64,000 bases of DNA, from sequence record MW341595. The stretch is one strand, 5' to 3'. The stretch is from Shigella phage Sfk20. Shown in pieces: positions 56,624 to 64,000 of the stretch (within the stretch, counting starts at the first letter, position 1; every line of letters starts with the position of its first letter). A program made the translations under genes and the position numbers. Below the pieces are notes generated by a model. That model searched no databases. It saw only the letters and a program-made list of their open reading frames with translations, and was not told the DNA's origin.

Positions 56624-57779
56624 TTAACTGATCTAGGTCAGTTTCTAAATCAGCTGCTGATTTACTTTTACTTTCTGGAGATTTAAATTTTTCAACCTTT
56701 GAGTTAATCAATTCATCAACTTCAGCTTCAACAATTTCATTACTATCAATAGCACCTAACTGATAAGCGCGTTTAATAGCATCTCGGAATGGTTGATGCT
56801 TAAATAAAGGACCCCAGAATGTAGTGCAGTTGGTATCTTTTGCACGCCAAGATTTTTCTTCGCGAATCATCTCGCCGGTTTCTTCGTCAAGAAATTCACG
56901 AGCATACCAGCCATTTTTAGGTTTTACCACAAATCCTAATTCAAGAGCCATATCTAACAATCCAGAATAAGGATCGATACCACCGTCAAATTTAACATCA
57001 ATAAAGAATTTACTTTTTTCTTTAACAGTGCGAGATTTTTCTACATTTAGAACAAATTGATACCCCTGAAGATCAGAACCATCTTTAATCTGGCGCTTAC
57101 CGATAATGAATACAGTATCAGCCGAATACATTACGCCTGTACCACCTGTCATCACGGTTTTACTAAACATTTCAATGGTTTCAATTGTATGGTTAACCGC
57201 AACACATGGAATGTTTTTAATACTAAAATAAGGAGTAACAATACGGAATAATGACTTCAGTGATTTAGCACGAGTCATATCTGCCACAGATTTTTCATTT
57301 AAGGCATCTTCCGTTTCTTTCTTAGAAGCCATATTACCAATTGAGTCGATGAATACAATAACTTTTTCACCGCGCTCAATAGCTTCAAGCTGATTCACCA
57401 TATCAATTTTCAGCTGTTCAACTGACTGAATTGGTGTATGAATTACTCGTTCCGGGTCAACTCCCATGGATCGCAAATAAGCTGGAGTAATACCAAATTC
57501 GCTATCATAAAATAGACATACCGCGTCAGGATATTTGTTCAAATACGCCGCAACCATAGTCAAAGACATATTTGATTTAAAGTGTTTAGAAGGACCTGCA
57601 AAAATGGTTAAACCAGACTGCATACCACCATCAATCGCACCAGAAATAGCGATATTAAGCATTGGGATTTTTGTACGGATTACATCCTTTTCATTAAAGA
57701 ATTTAGATGTAGTCAGTTCAGCAGTCATTTTAGAAGTGGAAGCTTTAATCAAACGGGATTTTAAATCTGCAATAGACAT
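56598..57779 (-). CDS. uvsX: recombinase UvsX (RecA-like)
   Basis: 393 aa; matches T4 UvsX. Confidence 0.95.
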   Translation of the reverse strand: MSIADLKSRLIKASTSKMTAELTTSKFFNEKDVIRTKIPMLNIAISGAIDGGMQSGLTIFAGPSKHFKSNMSLTMVAAYLNKYPDAVCLFYDSEFGITPAYLRSMGVDPERVIHTPIQSVEQLKIDMVNQLEAIERGEKVIVFIDSIGNMASKKETEDALNEKSVADMTRAKSLKSLFRIVTPYFSIKNIPCVAVNHTIETIEMFSKTVMTGGTGVMYSADTVFIIGKRQIKDGSDLQGYQFVLNVEKSRTVKEKSKFFIDVKFDGGIDPYSGLLDMALELGFVVKPKNGWYAREFLDEETGEMIREEKSWRAKDTNCTTFWGPLFKHQPFRDAIKRAYQLGAIDSNEIVEAEVDELINSKVEKFKSPESKSKSAADLETDLDQLSDMEEFNE

Positions 57780-57856
57780 TCATTTTTTCCATAGGCAACA
57801 TTATATTTTCCTCACTGGTTAAAGATAGAATAATTATAACACAATAAATTTAGGCA

Positions 57857-58699
57857 TTAATCAACTGCTATTGGATGAATAGCATTAAACTTATGAAACG
57901 CTTCTGATTTTTCTTTGCGCGAAACACACATGCGAAGAACCTTTAATGGCTCGTCTTCTTCACCCAACGATTTTCTCTTTTCAATATTCGATGTTTTCCA
58001 ACGAGCTTGCTCTGGAAACTCTCTATTGATTTGCTCAAGAGCTCTATTATGTTTTGAATTACTACGAATTGAACTGCACCCGCCAGGAGCTTGCGCTTTT
58101 CCGGATACAACCAGATATTTGAACAAGGCCAAATGCGGATAACCTTGATTAATTAAATTGAGAAATGCATACATATCTTCGCATAAATCAATTTTTCCAT
58201 ACCCAATTTGTTCTGTTGTAAGTTTTCCGAGGTCATACCAAGTATTCGTGAATCCATATGAATTTTCACGATAATTACCCCAAGATGAAGTAATTTTAAA
58301 AATTGGTAAACGAGCATGACCATGATAATACCCGCAATCCATGGCATCTTCAACGTATTGAATCAATTCATAGAACTGTTCACGAGTTAACTGATTAATT
58401 TTATCTACGCAGCGACGATCATCTTTCTTTCGCATTGAACTCATACGAATAGTAGTATCATCATCAATCATCCAAATTCGTTGACCTGCATACATATCAG
58501 TAATTGCTTTACGAGTACCAGCAATTCCATTAACATCATCAGGAATAGTTATAATTTTAGCTCTAGACCCGTAAGCGTCATAATAAGCTTTTTCTTCGTG
58601 TTCACGTACTACAATATGAGGTTCATAATCAGTCGGAAACATATCAAGGGCAGAAACTGCCCCTACGCGTTGATAGCTTGGAATTACGAATTGAATCAT
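57857..58699 (-). CDS. GT-A-type glycosyltransferase at the beta-gt locus
   Basis: about 280 aa from ATG overlapping gene 42 stop (ATGA); VIPSYQR start and WMIDDD (DxD) motif. Confidence 0.6.
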   Translation of the reverse strand: MIQFVIPSYQRVGAVSALDMFPTDYEPHIVVREHEEKAYYDAYGSRAKIITIPDDVNGIAGTRKAITDMYAGQRIWMIDDDTTIRMSSMRKKDDRRCVDKINQLTREQFYELIQYVEDAMDCGYYHGHARLPIFKITSSWGNYRENSYGFTNTWYDLGKLTTEQIGYGKIDLCEDMYAFLNLINQGYPHLALFKYLVVSGKAQAPGGCSSIRSNSKHNRALEQINREFPEQARWKTSNIEKRKSLGEEDEPLKVLRMCVSRKEKSEAFHKFNAIHPIAVD

Positions 58700-59436
58700 T
58701 TCCACTCACCATTATAATCTTTTTTCGCAATATGAGTTTCGCCAGTTTTCCACCAATGGTCAACCAAATAAAAATGACGGGAATACACATGAAGGCTTCC
58801 GACATTCCATATAATGGAACCTGCTTTATACTGACGAGTTGAATCACCTGCATTCAAATCAGATACTAATTTATCTAGTACGTATTTTTGCCATGCATAA
58901 TCATTACGGAATCCGAAGACCACGTCATTTGAACGCATGCTTACTACTGCATTGACTTTCTTATCACGAATCAGGTACTGTACTGTATTCGTACACATGA
59001 AATCTGACATACCATCTTTATTGTAGTCAAACTGCATGGATGGACGAGTATAAATCATGATACCACGTCGAGAATCAGGATTTTGACCAAGTTCAGCTAA
59101 ACACATATCATACTGGGCATAGTTATCTTCTGACCAGATGGCCCAACCATAATTCGAGTTAATTTCGCCTTTAGAAGATGCTACCTGTTGCCAAATCTTC
59201 GGTGTTTCACCCGGAATATCTTTAACAAACAAACTTTTAGATTTATACCATTCAAGTTCACGCTGAATGTATTCATCATTAAGAGCGCCAAAAATAAACG
59301 GTTCATCTGCTACAAATGATGCGCCAATAATTTCAATAGTTTTAACGCCAGTTTTATCAATTACGAAATCTTTTTCCTTTAACGCAATTCCCAAATGAAG
59401 ACGAGTTTCTTCAACTGTCAAAGAGTCATTAATCAT
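58696..59436 (-). CDS. 42: dCMP hydroxymethylase gp42
   Basis: 246 aa; matches T4 gp42. Confidence 0.95.
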   Translation of the reverse strand: MINDSLTVEETRLHLGIALKEKDFVIDKTGVKTIEIIGASFVADEPFIFGALNDEYIQRELEWYKSKSLFVKDIPGETPKIWQQVASSKGEINSNYGWAIWSEDNYAQYDMCLAELGQNPDSRRGIMIYTRPSMQFDYNKDGMSDFMCTNTVQYLIRDKKVNAVVSMRSNDVVFGFRNDYAWQKYVLDKLVSDLNAGDSTRQYKAGSIIWNVGSLHVYSRHFYLVDHWWKTGETHIAKKDYNGEWK

Positions 59437-59443
59437 TTAAACC

Positions 59444-59593
59444 TCAATTGATACATTCATATTTAACTTGTAACAGTAATAAACTCCACCCTATAATAAG
59501 CGTTGGAATCATACAAGGAACCGTTACGCTATAGTATATACTTATTATAATCATCAAGATTAAAAGCAATACTGTTAAAATTTTGCTTTTCAT
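59444..59593 (-). CDS. small membrane protein (49 aa) coupled to imm
   Basis: manual translation MKSKILTVLLLILMIIISIYYSVTVPCMIPTLIIGWSLLL...; ATG overlaps imm stop (ATGA). Confidence 0.4.
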   Translation of the reverse strand: MKSKILTVLLLILMIIISIYYSVTVPCMIPTLIIGWSLLLLQVKYECIN

Positions 59594-59841
59594 TCCTTCT
59601 CTCTGATGATAATTACTTGATTTGGTTGTGCGGATTTTTTAGTTTCACCCGCAATTGACCAAATAAATGTAATAAACCAACCAATAATTGACCAGTTAAA
59701 CAGTAAAGATGTAAAAAAGATTCCTACTGTCGATTTTGACCCGCGCATCAAGGCGATGAACCATGGAAGCATGTATATAATAATAGCCAACACGCCTGAT
59801 ACTAAAACCATAAAAATTGAACCTGCTACTAAAGTTTCCAT
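59590..59841 (-). CDS. imm: immunity (superinfection exclusion) membrane protein Imm
   Basis: 83 aa, two TM helices; matches T4 Imm. Confidence 0.9.
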   Translation of the reverse strand: METLVAGSIFMVLVSGVLAIIIYMLPWFIALMRGSKSTVGIFFTSLLFNWSIIGWFITFIWSIAGETKKSAQPNQVIIIREKE

Positions 59842-59848
59842 GCTTTCC

Positions 59849-60229
59849 TCACTTAGTCAAATTTTTTACACATGAATTATAAGAATTCACTACATACTCC
59901 ATCGGAGCATTTTTACCTGTGCGCCATTGGTAATTATTAGCCCAATTAGCCCAAAGTTCGGCGCAGTAGTTTTCAATTTTTTCTTCGCGTGTAATTACAT
60001 CTGAATTACGATATGCTTGAGCAGATTCATCTGGACGAATAGCTTCGTCAAAATTCGCCTGCATTTGTTCTACTGTCTGTTTTGGAGCCTCTTTATAACA
60101 CTTAACATTAGGATTATAAAATTTGCTTGAACAATTTACAATTTTTCCTGCATCAGACTGATTTACTACCGGTCCTTGAGCTACACAACCAGTAAGACCC
60201 AATGCAATAACCAAAATAGCGATTTTCAT
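59849..60229 (-). CDS. putative lipoprotein (126 aa, six Cys)
   Basis: signal peptide with lipobox LTGC (MKIAILVIALGLTGC...); own promoter and upstream terminator. Confidence 0.55.
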   Translation of the reverse strand: MKIAILVIALGLTGCVAQGPVVNQSDAGKIVNCSSKFYNPNVKCYKEAPKQTVEQMQANFDEAIRPDESAQAYRNSDVITREEKIENYCAELWANWANNYQWRTGKNAPMEYVVNSYNSCVKNLTK

Positions 60230-60250
60230 TTCATTCTCCAAATCTGTATC

Positions 60251-60293
60251 AGTTGATAGTTATATAGTACCAAAGAGGAACAGTCTTGTAAAC
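60251..60293 (-). promoter_or_regulatory. early promoter/stem-loop cassette
   Basis: GTTTAC plus shared block with the 34123-34156 and 34604-34644 elements. Confidence 0.5.
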
Positions 60294-60373
60294 AGTTTTG
60301 TGAAAAATTTTTTAATGAATTCCAAAGGTCCAGAATCATCTATTTTTTCCTAAGTATAGATTTATATTACTTG

Positions 60374-60399
60374 TATGAAAAAGGGACCCGGAGGTCCCC
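60374..60399 (-). terminator. rho-independent terminator after gene 43
   Basis: minus-sense GGGGACC-TCCG-GGTCCC followed by TTTTTC. Confidence 0.65.
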
Positions 60400-60411
60400 A
60401 GATTTATTCTA

Positions 60412-63108
60412 TCAGCCAAACAGGAAGTCTAACGAAGCTTTTTCCTCATAGTCCATACCTGCCGATTCACACATACCAGCAAGAGGTTTAACAAACGATT
60501 TTTGGAACAAAGTTGAGTAGTCAATCCAAGACAGTACGTCAGAACGAATTTCTTTTGGAAGTTCTGTACCCGACGGCCAAGCAATGCACTTGTCACCAAA
60601 CGGATTTCCTTCGCGTAATGGAAGAACCATTACCTTATTTCCATCCAAAATTGGAGCTACACCTAAACCGCTAACAGCTCGACGATAAGTTAGCACACCG
60701 CGAATATGGAACGGGCATTTAAATCCTGGCCAGCCTTTATCATCATATTTCGCTATATCGTTCGCAGTTTTTACTTCAGCAATAACTTTATAGTCAAGTT
60801 GACGATATTCTTTCTCAAAGTTCTTGTAGTATTCTTGGACAGACTCTTCACCTTCCTGAAGAATACGACGAATACTTTCTTCGAGAGCTTCTTGTACTGC
60901 TTTTGGTGTTGAACTCTGTTGAGTTTCCATACCCATGATTTTTAAATGCGGTTCGGCAAATCGCTTATCTTCCATATCATAAACGTTCAGAGCATAACGT
61001 TTTTTCGCTTTCCAAAATCCACCAACACCCTTTGAACCAAGTGGAGGGCAAGAAATAGCTTCACGGTCCATATGCATCAGATGCTCGCGGTTATTCATAT
61101 AATCACATAACTCACGATATGCAACATCAATCATAGGTTCCATCTTTTTCTTACCAAACTGATTCATGAATTCAACTAAATCATTTTGTTCTTTAAAGCG
61201 ATCAAGACCTACTTTTTCAATAACTTTATCTACACAAACATATACCGAATCAGTATCACCTGCTGCGATGAAATCTTCACCATTAGTTCCACATACTTTA
61301 TTTAGATACTCATTAATTTTACGAGCAATCCATTGAATACCGACTTGACCGAAAATTGTGATAGCAGTAGCATTTCGCAAATCATAGTAGCGAAAATGAA
61401 TATTACCAAGAGCACCATAAAGACTGTTAATAAGAATTTTACGGTTCAGCTGATTTGTGTTAGCAAGCGTAGCTGCTTTTTCACATTCTTCGATCAGACT
61501 ATTAAGAACAGATTCAGTGTAATTCGATAATTCGTTTAAGAAATCATCATTGAACTTAACATATCGTTCAACTTCCGGTTTAGTTGAACAGGACCCTGCA
61601 CCTTTCATAATAATCTTTTTAATAGCTTCGGCATTCATTTCTTCCGCGAACATTTTCTTTTTCCAATCTTTACGCTGGAAAAATACTTTAGCGATTTCCT
61701 TTGGAATGATACCTTCTTGGTGCTTATCATACATCCATCCATTCGGAGAGCAAGAATATTCATCACTTGGCTTAGGAGCTGTTCCTGCGATATATTCATG
61801 AATTGGATGAACTTTAAACTGCCCACGAATAGTCTCAGGACTAATGTTAACCTGACGAATAATGCTAGGATACAGAGACGTCAAGTCAAAACTCATAATG
61901 TATCGACGAGCAATCGGTTTAGGTTCAAACACAAATGCACCTGGAAAACTCTGTTTAACGTGCGAACCTTGTTGAGGAATAACCTTATGTTCACCTTTCA
62001 GTGAGTTAAAAATAATAGCATCCCAAGTTTTAATAGGACTCATTACACCAGAAAAAGGCATTTTAGCGTAATAAGACATACTTAAAACTAGATCGATAAA
62101 CCCACGAATTTTATCAATTGCTTGAACTGATTCTACGTCAATGATGTTATAACTAATGTATCGTTGATGATTAGTCTCACGAAGTTTATTAATAGGACCA
62201 TCGTACGGCAATTTACCTTTTTTGGTTTCATGTTGAGCAACTGATTCCAAAGAGAACGATGGCAAATTAGTAAATGCGAATTTCTTGTACAAATCTAAAT
62301 AATCAAGAATAGATACGCCATCAATAGAATAAATTTCTTTACTACCGTACATATTTTGAATTAGTTTAGATTTTACTCGACCGATTGGAGAGAAGCGTTT
62401 CATACTACGTTCACCGAGAACCATTTTAACACGATTCATGATATACGGAACGTCAAATCCCTCAATATTCCAACCGGTAAAAATAGCAGGTCGTTTCTGT
62501 TCCCAGAGATTAATATATTCCATGAGCATATCACGCTCATTATCAAATGGCATATAAATTACTCGGTCAAGAATTTCTTGAGGAACTTCATCACCACCTT
62601 CACAGTCAAGCTTAGCAGCTAACTTTGCGTCCCATTTTGATACTGAACCGTACATTGAATTCAACAAATCAAAGACGTAAAAACGGTCGTCAATTGAATC
62701 ATAATGAGTGATAGCATCAATTTCATATTCTGCTTTCATTGGGTCAGGAAATTTATCACCAGTAACCTCAATGTCACAGTTAGCTACACGAACAAATTTT
62801 CGGTCATAAACAATTTCTGAACCATATGTATCACTGATATAAGCGAGTTTAAAATCGTTCATACCGAGAGCTTCGAGACCGATGTCTTCCATTCGCTTCA
62901 TCCAGTCTCGTGCATCTTTCATTGATGGAAATTTTTGAGGAGCACAGTTTTTACCATAAATGTCTTTGTACTTTGACTCTTCCTTACAATGCCTAAACAT
63001 AGTCGGAAGATATTCTACTTCACGAGTACGTTCCTTTCCATTTTCATCAATATAACGCTCAACAATATTATTTCCGACTGTTTCGATAGAGATATAAAAT
63101 TCTTTCAT
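60412..63108 (-). CDS. 43: DNA polymerase gp43 (family B)
   Basis: 898 aa; near-identical to T4 gp43 along its length (MKEFYISIETVGNNIVERYIDENGKERTREVEY...). Confidence 0.98.
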   Translation of the reverse strand: MKEFYISIETVGNNIVERYIDENGKERTREVEYLPTMFRHCKEESKYKDIYGKNCAPQKFPSMKDARDWMKRMEDIGLEALGMNDFKLAYISDTYGSEIVYDRKFVRVANCDIEVTGDKFPDPMKAEYEIDAITHYDSIDDRFYVFDLLNSMYGSVSKWDAKLAAKLDCEGGDEVPQEILDRVIYMPFDNERDMLMEYINLWEQKRPAIFTGWNIEGFDVPYIMNRVKMVLGERSMKRFSPIGRVKSKLIQNMYGSKEIYSIDGVSILDYLDLYKKFAFTNLPSFSLESVAQHETKKGKLPYDGPINKLRETNHQRYISYNIIDVESVQAIDKIRGFIDLVLSMSYYAKMPFSGVMSPIKTWDAIIFNSLKGEHKVIPQQGSHVKQSFPGAFVFEPKPIARRYIMSFDLTSLYPSIIRQVNISPETIRGQFKVHPIHEYIAGTAPKPSDEYSCSPNGWMYDKHQEGIIPKEIAKVFFQRKDWKKKMFAEEMNAEAIKKIIMKGAGSCSTKPEVERYVKFNDDFLNELSNYTESVLNSLIEECEKAATLANTNQLNRKILINSLYGALGNIHFRYYDLRNATAITIFGQVGIQWIARKINEYLNKVCGTNGEDFIAAGDTDSVYVCVDKVIEKVGLDRFKEQNDLVEFMNQFGKKKMEPMIDVAYRELCDYMNNREHLMHMDREAISCPPLGSKGVGGFWKAKKRYALNVYDMEDKRFAEPHLKIMGMETQQSSTPKAVQEALEESIRRILQEGEESVQEYYKNFEKEYRQLDYKVIAEVKTANDIAKYDDKGWPGFKCPFHIRGVLTYRRAVSGLGVAPILDGNKVMVLPLREGNPFGDKCIAWPSGTELPKEIRSDVLSWIDYSTLFQKSFVKPLAGMCESAGMDYEEKASLDFLFG

Positions 63109-63111
63109 AGA

Positions 63112-63150
63112 TATTCCTTAGTTTATAGCCCGAGTTATTAGGCTCTTGAT
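63112..63150 (-). promoter_or_regulatory. gene 43 translational operator (hairpin plus RBS)
   Basis: minus-sense AGCC-UAAUAACUC-GGCU hairpin directly upstream of SD AAGGAA and ATG. Confidence 0.5.
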
Positions 63151-63166
63151 ATATTATACTCCAAAT

Positions 63167-63184
63167 AAGGGGCCGAAGCCCCTT
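63167..63184 (-). terminator. GC UUCG-tetraloop hairpin after regA
   Basis: minus-sense GGGGC-TTCG-GCCCC followed by TTATTT. Confidence 0.5.
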
Positions 63185-63186
63185 GC

Positions 63187-63555
63187 TTAATTACCAATCG
63201 TATATTTAGGAACGAGTTTCCATTCATGTTTTTGTTTAAAAGAAATAACTCGGAAGTTATTGGTTAAATCTTTCATAAAAGTTCTTTGACCAGGAACGAT
63301 TTCAATCAATCCCCAATCTTCTAATAGCCATGCAATCGAATCACGACGAACTTCATCTTCTTCTGTCATTTCAACCTGACGGCCATCCATACGAAGCATT
63401 TCTTTAAAATGGACGATATAGTATAGTCCTTTTTTCTGAAGAATGTGGCAGGACTGATACAGAACTTTATCTTTATTATTAGCAATTCCCATACGAGTCA
63501 AAGTTTCTTTTACTTTCAGAAAATCTTCAGGTTTTTTAAGAGTAATTTCAATCAT
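63187..63555 (-). CDS. regA: translational repressor RegA
   Basis: 122 aa; matches T4 RegA. Confidence 0.95.
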   Translation of the reverse strand: MIEITLKKPEDFLKVKETLTRMGIANNKDKVLYQSCHILQKKGLYYIVHFKEMLRMDGRQVEMTEEDEVRRDSIAWLLEDWGLIEIVPGQRTFMKDLTNNFRVISFKQKHEWKLVPKYTIGN

Positions 63556-63556
63556 T

Positions 63557-64000
63557 TTACCATTCCAATGCTAGTTTTTTGAGTTGTTTCTGTTCTTTTA
63601 CGTTCTTAGTCACTTCTTTCAAAAAATCATCCGTGACTAAACCTTTTAGTTCTTTTAATACTAAAGGAAGTTTTCCATTTTTAGTAAGAATTGATTTATA
63701 GTTAATTGCATCATTTGTATTAACTTGATACCGCTTAGCAAGTAACTTAATAATCAATACTTCAGTAGAATCTTCGACAAGTTTTGCCCATTTACCATAT
63801 CTTTTACCCCGAGGAACAGCAGCCATCAGATAATTAAAATGGGCTTCATCGCTTAAACCTGATCCAATTAAATTCATAGCATATACAGCTGGCATGCATT
63901 CAGGAAATTGTGATAATGCATTCTCAACCATGTATTTTGAATAATCTTTTTGAACAATAGAGCATTTAGTTTTATTATTAATAGCTCCAATTATTTCAAA
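63557..64000 (-). CDS. 62: clamp loader small subunit gp62, C-terminal part (start lies beyond window end)
   Basis: frame stays open to position 64000; matches C-terminal two thirds of T4 gp62. Confidence 0.9.
   Translation of the reverse strand, partial: FEIIGAINNKTKCSIVQKDYSKYMVENALSQFPECMPAVYAMNLIGSGLSDEAHFNYLMAAVPRGKRYGKWAKLVEDSTEVLIIKLLAKRYQVNTNDAINYKSILTKNGKLPLVLKELKGLVTDDFLKEVTKNVKEQKQLKKLALEW

Noticed and set aside
61333-62004. Plus-strand ORFs and a 63-aa minus ORF within gene 43
   Set aside because: Nested in the DNA polymerase gene; no independent support.

Overview
The window is a contiguous 64-kb piece of a T-even (T4-like, Tequatrovirus-type) phage genome, and nearly every large ORF is recognisable by sequence; I did not find a convincing new multi-gene system. 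Three blocks: (i) 1-17.5 kb, minus-strand early/middle genes cd - pseT - spanins - alc - rnlA - denA - nrdB - nrdA - td - frd - 32 - 59 - 33 - dsbA - rnh; (ii) 17.5-28.1 kb, plus-strand late long-tail-fibre module 34-35-36-37-38 and holin t; (iii) 28.1-64 kb, minus-strand early genes asiA - arn - motA - 52 - ndd - denB - rIIB - rIIA - 39 - motB - dexA - dda - srd - modA - modB - soc - 56 - 61 - sp/dmd - 41 - 40 - uvsX - glycosyltransferase - 42 - imm - 43 - regA - 62 (partial). Relative to canonical T4 the genome looks lean: td and nrdB are uninterrupted, nrdB-nrdA and 32-59 are tightly spaced, and topoisomerase gene 39 is one fused ORF. It carries a T2/T6-type Gly-rich gp38 adhesin and a GT-A-type glycosyltransferase where T4 has beta-gt. 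The most non-canonical items are a 68-aa ORF inserted at the frd/td junction, an altered gp32 C-terminus that contains a partial copy of a repeated promoter/stem-loop element, a family of such promoter-stem-loop cassettes upstream of many early genes, and a plus-strand small membrane ORF in a very short 56-61 interval. No tRNA, rRNA, CRISPR or integrase/transposase was seen. CDS coordinates follow the supplied ORF track (stop codon included; its listed starts can be TTG/GTG, so I moved starts to the internal ATG where the protein is recognisable). Short-motif coordinates were read by eye and may be off by 1-2 nt. Comparisons with T4 are from memory, not from a database search.
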